In this document: positions 11,879 through 24,485 of the stretch, piece after piece
How the letters are laid out: each line of letters begins with the position of its first letter
Numbering within the stretch: the stretch's first letter is position 1
From: Auanema rhodensis
Taxonomy: Eukaryota; Animalia; Nematoda
Reading direction: 5' to 3'
Assembly (NCBI GenBank): GCA_964057225.1
Contig: OZ059895.1
Location: forward strand, 1,488,001-1,552,000
DNA length: 64,000 bases
Notes under the pieces: model-generated
The model's input: the letters and a program-made list of their open reading frames with translations, nothing else
Database searches by the model: none
Told to the model about the DNA's origin: nothing
Position numbers and translations under genes: made by a program

Positions 11879-14800
11879 CAAAATGTTTTTGGAAGCAATG
11901 TTGAGTGTACATGGAAACTCAACATACACTAATGCATCATTTTTCAAACGATCATAACTAATTTTTGTATCAAGCGCTTCTTAATGTAGTATAGTGCATT
12001 CGATGCGGATTTTTAAGCTGCGTCGATCTGTGTTATCAGATTTGCGCTAGCTTAAAAATGCACCGAGATATCAACTGATATAAGTTCACACTTATATCCT
12101 CGATTTTCACCCTGAAGAAATAATTTTTTCGTTGAATAACATTGTCCATCGTCTTTGCCTTGAAAAAAGGAATCTAAAAACATCTACTTTTTGCTAAATT
12201 ATTTTGAAATTTTTCGAAAAAATTTTTGTCAAAATGTTTTTGGAAGCAATGTTGAGTGTACATGGAAACTCAACATACACTAATGCATCATTTTTCAAAC
12301 GATCATAACTAATTTTTGTATCACGCGTTTCTCAATGTAGTATGGTGCATTCGATGCGGATTTTTAAGCTGCGTCGATCTGTAATATCAGATTTGCGCTA
12401 GCTTAAAAATGCACCGAGATATCAACTGATATAAGTTCACACTTATATCCTCGATTTTCACCCTGAAGAATTAATTTTTTCGTTGAATAACATTGTCCAT
12501 CGTCTTTGCCTTGAAAAATGGGATCTAAAAACATCTACTTTTCGCTAAATTATTTTGAAATTTTTCGAAAAAATTTTTGTCAAAATGTTTTTGGAAGCAA
12601 TGTTGAGTGTACATGGAAACTCAACATACACTAATGCATCATTTTTCAAACGATCATAACTAATTTTTGTATCAAGCGTTTTTCAATGTAGTATAGTGCA
12701 TTCGATGCGGATTTTTAAGCTGCGTCGATCTGTGTTATCAGATTTGCGCTAGCTTAAAAATGCACCGAGATATCAACTGATATAAGTTCACACTTATATC
12801 CTCGATTTTCACCCTGAAGAATTAATTTTTTCGTTGAATAACATTGTCTATCGTCTTTGCCTTGAGAAATGGAATCTAAAAACATCTACTTTTTGCTAAA
12901 TTATTTTGAAATTTTTCGAAAAAATTTTTGTCAAAATGTTTTTGGAAGCAATGTTGAGTGTACATGGAAACTCAACATACACTAATGCATCATTTTTCAA
13001 ACGATCATAACTAATTTTTGTATCAAGTGTTTCTCAATGTAGTATAGTGCATTCGATGCGGATTTTTAAGCTGCGTCGATCTGTGTTATCAGATTTGCGC
13101 TAGCTTAAAAATGCACCGAGATATCAACTGTTATAAGTTCACACTTATATCCTCGATTTTCACCCTGAAGAAATAATTTTTTCGTTGAATAACATTGTCC
13201 ATCGTCTTTGCCTTGAAAAAAGGAATCTAAAAACATCTACTTTTTGCTAAATTATTTTGAAATTTTTCGAAAAAATTTTTGTCAAAATGTTTTTGGAAGC
13301 AATGTTGAGTGTACATGGAAACTCAACATACACTAATGCATCATTTTTCAAACGATCATAACTAATTTTTGTATCACGCGTTTCTCAATGTAGTATAGTG
13401 CATTCGATGCGGATTTTTAAGCTGCGTCGATCTGTGTTATCAGATTTGCGCTAGCTTAAAAATGCACCGAGATATCAACTGATATAAGTTCACACTTATA
13501 TCCTCGATTTTCACCCTGAAGAATTAATTTTTTCGTTGAATAACATTGTCCATCGTCTTTGCCTTGAAAAATGGGATCTAAAATCATCTACTTTTCGCTA
13601 AATTATTTTGAAATTTTTCGAAAAAATTTTTGTCAAAATGTTTTTGGAAGCAATGTTGAGTGTACATGGAAACTCAACATACACTAATGCATCATTTTTC
13701 AAACGATCATAACTAATTTTTGTATCAAGCGTTTCTTAATGTAGTATAGTGCATTCGATGCGGATTTTTGAGCTGCGTCGATCTGTGTTATCAGATTTGC
13801 GCTAGCTTAAAAATGCACCGAGATATCAACTGATATAAGTTCACACTTATATCCTCGATTTTCACCCTGAAGAATTAATTTTTTCGTTGAATAACATTGT
13901 CCATCGTCTTTGCCTTGAAAAATGAAATCTAAAAACATCTACTTTTTGCTAAATTATTTTGAAATTTTTCGAAAAAATTTTTGTCAAAATGTTTTTGGAA
14001 GCAATGTTGAGTGTACATGGAAACTCAACATACACTAATGCATCATTTTTCAAACGATCATAACTAATTTTTGTATCAAGCGTTTTTCAATGTAGTATAG
14101 TGCATTCGATGCGGATTTTTAAGCTGCGTCGATCTGTGTTATCAGATTTGCGCTAGCTTAAAAATGCACCGAGATATCAACTGATATAAGTTCACACTTA
14201 TATCCTCGATTTTCACCCTGAAGAATTAATTTTTTCGTTGAATAACATTGTCCATCGTCTTTGCCTTGAAAAATGAAATCTAAAAACATCTACTTTTTGC
14301 TAAATTATTTTGAAATTTTTCGAAAAAATTTTTGTCAAAATGTTTTTGGAAGCAATGTTGAGTGTACATGGAAACTCAACATACACTAATGCATCATTTT
14401 TCAAACGATCATAACTAATTTTTGTATCAAGCGTTTCTTAATGTAGTATAGTGCATTCGATGCGGATTTTTAAGCTGCGTCGATCTGTGTTATTAGATTT
14501 GCGCTAGCTTAAAAATGCACCGAGATATCAACTGATATAAGTTCACACTTATATCCTCGATTTTCACCCTGAAGAAATAATTTTTTCGTTGAATAACATT
14601 GTCCATCGTCTTTGCCTTGAAAAAAGGAATCTAAAAACATCTACTTTTTGCTAAATTATTTTGAAATTTTTCGAAAAAATTTTTGTCAAAATGTTTTTGG
14701 AAGCAATGTTGAGTGTACATGGAAACTCAACATACACTAATGCATCATTTTTCAAACGATCATAACTAATTTTTGTATCACGCGTTTCTCAATGTAGTAT

Positions 14801-17800
14801 AGTGCATTCGATGCGGATTTTTAAGCTGCGTCGCTCTGTGTTATCAGATTTGCGCTAGCTTAAAAATGCACCGAGATATCAACTGATATAAGTTCACACT
14901 TATATCCTCGATTTTCACCCTGAAGAATTAATTTTTTCGTTGAATAACATTGTCCATCGTCTTTGCCTTGAAAAATGGAATCTAAAAACATCTACTTTCT
15001 GCTAAATTATTTTGAAATTTTTCGAAAAAATTTTTGTCAAAATGTTTTTGGAAGCAATGTTGAGTGTACATGGAAACTCAACATACACTAATGCATCATT
15101 TTTCAAACGATCATAACTAATTTTTGTATCAAGCGCTTCTTAATGTAGTATAGTGCATTCGATGCGGATTTTTAAGCTGCGTCGATCTGTGTTATCAGAT
15201 TTGCGCTAGCTTAAAAATGCACCGAGATATCAACTGATATAAGTTCACACTTATATCCTCGATTTTCACCCTGAAGAAATAATTTTTTCGTTGAATAACA
15301 TCGTCCATCGTCTTTGCCTTGAAAAAAGGAATCTAAAAACATCTACTTTTTGCTAAATTATTTTGAAATTTTTCGAAAAAATTTTTGTCAAAATGTTTTT
15401 GGAAGCAATGTTGAGTGTACATGGAAACTCAACATACACTAATGCATCATTTTTCAAACGATCATAACTAATTTTTGTATCACGCGTTTCTCAATGTAGT
15501 ATGATGCATTCGATGCGGATTTTTAAGCTGCGTCGATCTGTAATATCAGATTTGCGCTAACTTAAAAATGCACCGAGATATCAACTGATATAAGTTCACA
15601 CTTATATCCTCGATTTTCACCCTGAAGAATTAATTTTTTCGTTGAATAACATTGTCCATCGTCTTTGCCTTGAAAAATGGGATCTAAAAACATCTACTTT
15701 TCGCTAAATTATTTTGAAATTTTTCGAAAAAATTTTTGTCAAAATGTTTTTGGAAGCAATGTTGAGTGTACATGGAAACTCAACATACACTAATGCATCA
15801 TTTTTCAAACGATCATAACTAATTTTTGTATCAAGCGTTTCTTAATGTAGTATAGTGCATTCGATGCGGATTTTTAAGCTGCGTCGATCTGTGTTATCAG
15901 ATTTGCGCTAGCTTAAAAATGCACCGAGATATCAACTGATATAAGTTCACACTTATATCCTCGATTTTCACCCTGAAGAAATAATTTTTTCGTTGAATAA
16001 CATTGTCCATCGTCTTTGCCTTGAAAAAAGGAATCTAAAAACATCTACTTTTTGCTAAATTATTTTGAAATTTTTCGAAAAAATTTTTGTCAAAATGTTT
16101 TTGGAAGCAATGTTGAGTGTACATGGAAACTCAACATACACTAATGCATCATTTTTCAAACGATCATAACTAATTTTTGTATCACGCGTTTCTCAATGTA
16201 GTATAGTGCATTCGATGCGGATTTTTAAGCTGCGTCGATCTGTGTTATCAGATTTGCGCTAGCTTAAAAATGCACCGAGATATCAACTGATATAAGTTCA
16301 CACTTATATCCTCGATTTTCACCCTGAAGAAATAATTTTTTCGTTGAATAACATTGTCCATCGTCTTTGCCTTGAAAAAAGGAATCTAAAAACATCTACT
16401 TTTTGCTAAATTATTTTGAAATTTTTCGAAAAAATTTTTGTCAAAATGTTTTTGGAAGCAATGTTGAGTGTACATGGAAACTCAACATACACTAATGCAT
16501 CATTTTTCAAACGATCATAACTAATTTTTGTATCACGCGTTTCTCAATGTAGTATAGTGCATTCGATGCGGATTTTTAAGCTGCGTCGATCTGTAATATC
16601 AGATTTGCGCTAGCTTAAAAATGCACCGAGATATCAACTGATATAAGTTCACACTTATATCCTCGATTTTCACCCTGAAGAATTAATTTTTTCGTTGAAT
16701 AACATTGTCCATCGTCTTTGCCTTGAAAAATGGAATCTAAAAACATCTACTTTCTGCTAAATTATTTTGAAATTTTTCGAAAAAATTTTTGTCAAAATGT
16801 TTTTGGAAGCAATGTTGAGTGTACATGGAAACTCAACATACACTAATGCATCATTTTTCAAACGATCATAACTAATTTTTGTATCAAGCGCTTCTTAATG
16901 TAGTATAGTGCATTCGATGCGGATTTTTAAGCTGCGTCGATCTGTGTTATCAGATTTGCGCTAGCTTAAAAATGCACCGAGATATCAACTGATATAAGTT
17001 CACACTTATATCCTCGATTTTCACCCTGAAGAAATAATTTTTTCGTTGAATAACATCGTCCATCGTCTTTGCCTTGAAAAAAGGAATCTAAAAACATCTA
17101 CTTTTTGCTAAATTATTTTGAAATTTTTCGAAAAAATTTTTGTCAAAATGTTTTTGGAAGCAATGTTGAGTGTACATGGAAACTCAACATACACTAATGC
17201 ATCATTTTTCAAACGATCATAACTAATTTTTGTATCACGCGTTTCTCAATGTAGTATAGTGCATTCGATGCGGATTTTTAAGCTGCGTCGATCTGTAATA
17301 TCAGATTTGCGCTAGCTTAAAAATGCACCGAGATATCAACTGATATAAGTTCACACTTATATCCTCGATTTTCACCCTGAAGAATTAATTTTTTCGTTGA
17401 ATAACATTGTCCATCGTCTTTGCCTTGAAAAATGGAATCTAAAAACATCTACTTTCTGCTAAATTATTTTGAAATTTTTCGAAAAAATTTTTGTCAAAAT
17501 GTTTTTGGAAGCAATGTTGAGTGTACATGGAAACTCAACATACACTAATGCATCATTTTTCAAACGATCATAACTAATTTTTGTATCAAGCGCTTCTTAA
17601 TGTAGTATAGTGCATTCGATGCGGATTTTTAAGCTGCGTCGATCTGTGTTATCAGATTTGCGCTAGCTTAAAAATGCACCGAGATATCAACTGATATAAG
17701 TTCACACTTATATCCTCGATTTTCACCCTGAAGAAATAATTTTTTCGTTGAATAACATCGTCCATCGTCTTTGCCTTGAAAAAAGGAATCTAAAAACATC

Positions 17801-20800
17801 TACTTTTTGCTAAATTATTTTGAAATTTTTCGAAAAAATTTTTGTCAAAATGTTTTTGGAAGCAATGTTGAGTGTACATGGAAACTCAACATACACTAAT
17901 GCATCATTTTTCAAACGATCATAACTAATTTTTGTATCACGCGTTTCTCAATGTAGTATGGTGCATTCGATGCGGATTTTTAAGCTGCGTCGATCTGTAA
18001 TATCAGATTTGCGCTAGCTTAAAAATGCACCGAGATATCAACTGATATAAGTTCACACTTATATCCTCGATTTTCACCCTGAAGAATTAATTTTTTCGTT
18101 GAATAACATCGTCCATCGTCTTTGCCTTGAAAAAAGGAATCTAAAAACATCTACTTTTTGCTAAATTATTTTGAAATTTTTCGAAAAAATTTTTGTCAAA
18201 ATGTTTTTGGAAGCAATGTTGAGTGTACATGGAAACTCAACATACACTAATGCATCATTTTTCAAACGATCATAACTAATTTTTGTATCACGCGTTTCTC
18301 AATGTAGTATGGTGCATTCGATGCGGATTTTTAAGCTGCGTCGATCTGTAATATCAGATTTGCGCTAGCTTAAAAATGCACCGAGATATCAACTGATATA
18401 AGTTCACACTTATATCCTCGATTTTCACCCTGAAGAATTAATTTTTTAGTTGAATAACATTGTCCATCGTCTTTGCCTTGAAAAATGGGATCTAAAAACA
18501 TCTACTTTTCGCTAAATTATTTTGAAATTTTTCGAAAAAATTTTTGTCAAAATGTTTTTGGAAGCAATGTTGAGTGTACATGGAAACTCAACATACACTA
18601 ATGCATCATTTTTCAAACGATCATAACTAATTTTTGTATCAAGCGTTTTTCAATGTAGTATAGTGCATTCGATGCGGATTTTTAAGCTGCGTCGATCTGT
18701 GTTATCAGATTTGCGCTAGCTTAAAAATGCACCGAGATATCAACTGATATAAGTTCACACTTATATCCTCGATTTTCACCCTGAAGAATTAATTTTTTCG
18801 TTGAATAACATTGTCTATCGTCTTTGCCTTGAGAAATGGAATTTAAAAACATCTACTTTTTGCTAAATTATTTTGAAATTTTTCGAAAAAATTTTTGTCA
18901 AAATGTTTTTGGAAGCAATGTTGAGTGTACATGGAAACTCAACATACACTAATGCATCATTTTTCAAACGATCATAACTAATTTTTGTATCAAGCGTTTC
19001 TTAATGTAGTATAGTGCATTCGATGCGGATTTTTGAGCTGCGTCGATCTGTGTTATCAGATTTGCGCTAGCTTAAAAATGCACCGAGATATCAACTGATA
19101 TAAGTTCACACTTATATCCTCGATTTTCACCCTGAAGAAATAATTTTTTCGTTGAATAACATTGTCCATCGTCTTTGCCTTGAGAAAAGGAATCTAAAAA
19201 CATCTACTTTTTGCTAAATTATTTTGAAATTTTTCGAAAAAATTTTTGTCAAAATGTTTTTGGAAGCAATGTTGAGTGTACATGGAAACTCAACATACAC
19301 TAATGCATCATTTTTCAAACGATCATAACTAATTTTTGTATCAAGCGCTTCTTAATGTAGTATAGTGCATTCGATGCGGATTTTTAAGCTGCGTCGATCT
19401 GTGTTATCAGATTTGCGCTAGCTTAAAAATGCACCGAGATATCAACTGATATAAGTTCACACTTATATCCTCGATTTTCACCCTGAAGAAATAATTTTTT
19501 CGTTGAATAACATTGTCCATCGTCTTTGCCTTGAAAAAAGGAATCTAAAAACATCTACTTTTTGCTAAATTATTTTGAAATTTTTCGAAAAAATTTTTGT
19601 CAAAATGTTTTTGGAAGCAATGTTGAGTGTACATGGAAACTCAACATACACTAATGCATCATTTTTCAAACGATCATAACTAATTTTTGTATCACGCGTT
19701 TCTCAATGTAGTATGGTGCATTCGATGCGGATTTTTAAGCTGCGTCGATCTGTAATATCAGATTTGCGCTAGCTTAAAAATGCACCGAGATATCAACTGA
19801 TATAAGTTCACACTTATATCCTCGATTTTCACCCTGAAGAATTAATTTTTTCGTTGAATAACATTGTCCATCGTCTTTGCCTTGAAAAATGGGATCTAAA
19901 AACATCTACTTTTCGCTAAATTATTTTGAAATTTTTCGAAAAAATTTTTGTCAAAATGTTTTTGGAAGCAATGTTGAGTGTACATGGAAACTCAACATAC
20001 ACTAATGCATCATTTTTCAAACGATCATAACTAATTTTTGTATCAAGTGTTTTTCAATGTAGTATAGTGCATTCGATGCGGATTTTTAAGCTGCGTCGAT
20101 CTGTGTTATCAGATTTGCGCTAGCTTAAAAATGCACCGAGATATCAACTGATATAAGTTCACACTTATATCCTCGATTTTCACCCTGAAGAAATAATTTT
20201 TTCGTTGAATAACATTGTCCATCGTCTTTGCCTTGAAAAAAGGAATCTAAAAACATCTACTTTTTGCTAAATTATTTTGAAATTTTTCGAAAAAATTTTT
20301 GTCAAAATGTTTTTGGAAGCAATGTTGAGTGTACATGGAAACTCAACATACACTAATGCATCATTTTTCAAACGATCATAACTAATTTTTGTATCACGCG
20401 TTTCTCAATGTAGTATAGTGCATTCGATGCGGATTTTTAAGCTGCGTCGCTCTGTGTTATCAGATTTGCGCTAGCTTAAAAATGCACCGAGATATCAACT
20501 GATATAAGTTCACACTTATATCCTCGATTTTCACCCTGAAGAATTAATTTTTTCGTTGAATAACATTGTCTATCGTCTTTGCTTTGAAAAATGGAATCTA
20601 AAAACATCTACTTTTTGCTAAATTATTTTGAAATTTTTCGAAAAAATTTTTGTCAAAATGTTTTTGGAAGCAATGTTGAGTTTACATGGAAACTCAACAT
20701 ACACTAATGCATCATTTTTCAAACGATCATAACTAATTTTTGTATTGAGCGTTTCTCAATGTAGTATAGTGCATTCGATGCCGATTTTTAAGCTGCGTCG

Positions 20801-21391
20801 ATCTGTGTTATCAGATTTGCGCTAGCTTAAAAATGCACCGAGATATCAACTGATATAAGTTCACACTTATATCCTCGATTTTCATCCTGAAGAATTAATT
20901 TTTTCGTTGAATAACATTGTCCATCGTCTTTGCCTTGAAAAAAAGAATCTAAAAACATCTACTTTTTGCTAAATTATTTTGAAATTTTTCGAAAAAATTT
21001 TTGTCAAAATGTTTTTGGAAGCAATGTTGAGTGTACATGGAAACTCAACATACACTAATGCATCATTTTTCAAACGATCATAACTAATTTTTGTATTAAG
21101 CGTTTCTCAATGTAGTATAGTGCATTCGATGCCGATTTTTAAGCTGCGTCGATCTGTGTTATCAGATTTGCGCTAGCTTAAAAATGCACCGAGATATCAA
21201 CTGATATAAGTTCACACTTATATCCTCGATTTTCACCCTGAAGAATTAATTTTTTCGTTGAATAACATTGTCTATCGTCTTTGCCTTGAAAAATGGAATC
21301 TAAAAACATCTACTTTTTGCTAAATTATTTTGAAATTTTTCGAAAAAATTTTTGTCAAAATGTTTTTGGAAGCAATGTTGAGTGTACATGG

Positions 21392-21395
21392 AAAC
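21392..21395. other. Target-site duplication AAAC, left copy
   Basis: Empty monomer reads TGG-AAAC-TCAAC. The left junction is TGG-AAAC|LTR and the other junctions are LTR|AAAC-TCAAC (21775-21778 and 25292-25295). Confidence 0.85.
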
Positions 21396-21774
21396 AATCA
21401 AAGAACGAAAAATAAAAAGAGAAAGATTTATTAAAAAAAAACAAAAAAAAATACAAAAAAATTCAAGAGAAAATTCCAAACTGAAAAAAATATAAAAAAA
21501 TTCCTTATCACAATAATTTTAGGACAAAAACAACTAAATATTGTTTTAATCAGATTACGGTAGTTGATTATCAACAGTTCACTGTTTACCAACAATCTCT
21601 AAATGGAGCGCGATTACTATGGATTGTTTTATCAATGGGTCATTTTATTCAAATTATTCATTTTATTTAATTTTTTGATGAATAATTGTTATCTTAATAT
21701 TTTATATAAATTATATTATATATTTATCTTCATTTATACTATTCATTTTAGTATCTATAGCCATATTCTTGACA
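21396..21774 (-). repeat. 3' LTR (or solo LTR), 379 bp
   Basis: Direct repeat of 24914-25291 differing by one A in a homopolymer (A9 vs A8). Minus strand begins TGTCAAGAA and ends TTCTTTGATT. Flanked by AAAC on both sides. Confidence 0.92.
21427..21432 (-). promoter_or_regulatory. Candidate LTR polyadenylation signal AATAAA
   Basis: AATAAA on the minus strand about 30 nt from the LTR end, within T-rich sequence. The AT-rich context makes a chance match possible. Confidence 0.45.
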
Positions 21775-22115
21775 AAACTCAACATACACTAATGCATCAT
21801 TTTTCAAACGATCATAACTAATTTTTGTATTAAGCGTTTCTCAATGTAGTATAGTGCATTCGATGCCGATTTTTAAGCTGCGTCGATCTGTGTTATCAGA
21901 TTTGCGCTAGCTTAAAAATGCACCGAGATATCAACTGATATAAGTTCACACTTATATCCTCGATTTTCACCCTGAAGAATTAATTTTTTCGTTGAATAAC
22001 ATTGTCTATCGTCTTTGCTTTGAAAAATGGAATCTAAAAACATCTACTTTTTGCTAAATTATTTTGAAATTTTTCGAAAAAATTTTTGTCAAAATGTTTT
22101 TGGAAGCAATGTTGA
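21775..22115. repeat. 341-bp near-complete satellite monomer located between the LTR and the internal region
   Basis: Runs from AAACTCAACATAC to GCAATGTTGA. It carries the same variants (TATTAAGCG, GATGCCGAT, GTCTATC, GCTTTG) as the monomer at 25292-25632. Confidence 0.96.
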
Positions 22116-22175
22116 ACAATAAAAATAAACATTTACAACATACATGAGAAAATTTAAATTTCAACAAGAAATTAG

Positions 22176-22472
22176 TTATGGTGCTGTTTTTTTAAACTGT
22201 TGTTGAGGCTTATGGGTTTTGTGCATCTCATTCAGTGCAGTCAGCTTTTCAGTCCAATTCTCGGACTCCCATTTACCGACAATCTCTCCTTTCTTTATCG
22301 TGGTTGGCTGGCATGTCATGTTAGCCACAATCACTGTAGTGGAACTATTGGTGTCCACTTTACATATTCCCGTGGGTATATCACTCCTATGGGATACCAG
22401 TAAGCTATCTTTCTGCTCGTCACATGAGATTTGTAGCGTTCTACTTTTATTCGCAGGTATATAAACTCTCTG
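22176..22472 (-). pseudogene. In-frame continuation of gag-pro beyond the TGA (98 codons, post-protease polyprotein region), truncated before RT
   Basis: Manual translation after TGA is stop-free: QRVYIPANKSRTLQISCDEQKDSLLVSHRSDIPTGICKVDTNSSTTVIVANMTCQPTTIKKGEIVGKWESENW...TAP*. It includes the 60-aa track ORF, which is in the same frame. Confidence 0.7.
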
Positions 22473-24485
22473 TCAGGCTATGGCCTCCTTTCTATAAAAC
22501 TTCAAAGATATGCCCAAATCTTTCAGGGCATTCGTACCAATAAGTATAGAATCATCTCTACTTTTTCTCACCAAAAAACATACTTGTGCAGTTTTTTTAC
22601 TTTCTGAGCAATAAACTTCACAGCTTATTGCTCCAACAAAATTCATTCGCGTACCCGAGGCATTCGCTATGAACTTATCTCCATTCCAAGGAAGTTGAGT
22701 TACACTTCTATCTAAGTCAACCCCTTCATTCATCAAATTAACTAGAGCTTGTGACGACATCACTGATATTTGTGATCCCGTGTCAATAAGAACTTTTTTA
22801 TTTCTCATGCTGCAGATTAACATAGGTAGTAAACTCTGCTCACCAATCAATTTTGCATCATAGCTGTTGTTGCATGTTTTGATAGTTTTGTTCCATGCAA
22901 CAGCTTGCTTATTCATAACAGAACCCATATTGTTCTGTTCTTCTTCAATTCTTTTAGAATTGTCTGATGGTCGTTTTCTCTCAGCACAATGTGTTGCTAT
23001 ATGACCACTTCTGTTACATATGTAACAAATAACTTCTTTTCTCTGTGGAAAATTACGAACCTTTTCAGTTACGTAACTGCCACGATTGGTCATGTGTTGA
23101 CCACTAGCAGTATTATTCTGCTTCAAAAATCTCAGCCTGGGCAGGTTTACTTCAGGTATTCTGTCCTTTCTATGCTGATTGTAGTGAATGCGCTTATTTC
23201 TTTCACAACGTAAAGCGACCTCTTTCACCTTCTCATACACCTCCCCTTCTTCACTAGTCTCTATTGTCTCAAGTACTTGTAATGCACAAGTACATTCTCT
23301 GAGTACCTCATACAAGACTTGAGCTCTTGTGAACGATAACTTTGACATAGACAATCCGGGGTAAGCCTTCCTAGAAGTTTCTTCTAGTTTCTTACAAAAG
23401 CTTATTAGATTGCTATTGTTGTCAAACTTCAAAGATTTAAGAGCAGCTATGGCATCTAACCTACTTGCTCTCTTAGAATACTCATGTTGCTTATTCAGTT
23501 CCTCTATTATTTTGTCGAGCGAACTGTTTCTGATTATTTCAGGCAACTCATCATACCTATCTCTCGCCTCTCCTCTTAATTTTTCTACAAACAGCGTTCT
23601 GCGGCCGCTTGCCGACAACGTGCTTTTTGGGTATTTCAGGTGAAACCCTTCTACAAAATGGTTCCATTTCTCGAACGACCCACTCGAAAAACTTGGAACA
23701 TCAGGCAGCAATTGCGCTCGCATTATGTCCAAAAACGCTTCATTCTGCGCGCTGAGTCCATTAAAAGGCAAAGATGACTCACCCTTGGAGTCTAATCCCT
23801 CTTTTTTCTCCTGTTCCTGTTGAACATCCGTCAACCATTTCTGAGTTGTTCCTAACTCCTTCTGTCGATGCAACTGTAAAATATATTCAATTTCAGAATT
23901 TTCCTCTTCTATTTTACCTGCTGCTTTATCATCAATCATCATATCCGCCATAGCTAATTGCGCTTGGCTCTCGATAGCTGCTGATCTCTGCAAATTAAAA
24001 CTATTAAATATTTCATGCTTCAAAGATTTTTTATCACATTTGAAAAAATCGCAAAAATCTTTCATAGTACTATTACTGGCCCTCATCTCGTCCACTATCT
24101 CACTTTCATTGAGTTGGAAAATCTCACAAATGAATTTAGTTGTTTCCGCTCGTTTATCAGCTAACTTCAGAGTATTACCCAACTCTGAAGGCTTTTTGAG
24201 CCCACTCTTGTTCATTACTGTAATAATGGACTGGATAAATCTCCAATTTTGCCCTTTTCGCAATTCACTAGTTAAATTTTGCTTCATTGAGTTTATCAAA
24301 TTAGCAACTTTCTGCTCTGCTCTCCTTTTCTCAGCAGAATTTCTGATTTTTTCCGTAAAATCTTTACGTAAACAATCATTCAACGGCTCAATAGCCGATA
24401 ATATTTCAGAGATGAATGAATTCAACATTACCTCTTCAAATGCGCTCTCGAAGTCCATATCGAGCAATTCATTCACAAATGACAT
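22473..24485 (-). CDS. gag: Retrotransposon Gag-aspartic protease polyprotein, 670 aa from the first ATG
   Basis: Capsid-like segment (LPDVPSFS...WNHFVEGF...LRGEARDRYDELP), zinc knuckle CYICNRSGHIATHC (22986-23027), protease VLIDTGSQISVM (DTG at 22776-22784) and ILIGTNAL. The track start at 24497 is TTG; the first ATG is at 24485. Confidence 0.9.
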   Translation of the reverse strand: MSFVNELLDMDFESAFEEVMLNSFISEILSAIEPLNDCLRKDFTEKIRNSAEKRRAEQKVANLINSMKQNLTSELRKGQNWRFIQSIITVMNKSGLKKPSELGNTLKLADKRAETTKFICEIFQLNESEIVDEMRASNSTMKDFCDFFKCDKKSLKHEIFNSFNLQRSAAIESQAQLAMADMMIDDKAAGKIEEENSEIEYILQLHRQKELGTTQKWLTDVQQEQEKKEGLDSKGESSLPFNGLSAQNEAFLDIMRAQLLPDVPSFSSGSFEKWNHFVEGFHLKYPKSTLSASGRRTLFVEKLRGEARDRYDELPEIIRNSSLDKIIEELNKQHEYSKRASRLDAIAALKSLKFDNNSNLISFCKKLEETSRKAYPGLSMSKLSFTRAQVLYEVLRECTCALQVLETIETSEEGEVYEKVKEVALRCERNKRIHYNQHRKDRIPEVNLPRLRFLKQNNTASGQHMTNRGSYVTEKVRNFPQRKEVICYICNRSGHIATHCAERKRPSDNSKRIEEEQNNMGSVMNKQAVAWNKTIKTCNNSYDAKLIGEQSLLPMLICSMRNKKVLIDTGSQISVMSSQALVNLMNEGVDLDRSVTQLPWNGDKFIANASGTRMNFVGAISCEVYCSESKKTAQVCFLVRKSRDDSILIGTNALKDLGISLKFYRKEAIA

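Larger units (their letters stand above)
1..21395. repeat. 351-bp tandem satellite array, left arm (61 complete monomers plus 40 bp; continues beyond window start)
   Basis: CAAAATGTTTTTGGAAGC recurs at 1, 352, ..., 3511, 7021 and 8425, i.e. exact multiples of 351. Monomers differ by a few recurrent substitutions. Two monomers are 323 bp. Confidence 0.99.

Noticed and set aside
21603-21821. 72-aa + strand ORF, duplicated at 25120-25338
   Set aside because: Low-complexity F/I/Y/L translation of the AT-rich LTR antisense strand running into satellite; duplicated only because the LTR is.
21775-22140. Polypurine tract, or an LTR whose U3 genuinely includes the satellite
   Set aside because: No purine run precedes 21774 or 22115 on the minus strand. 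The TG start and AAAC TSD define the LTR at 21774/25291.
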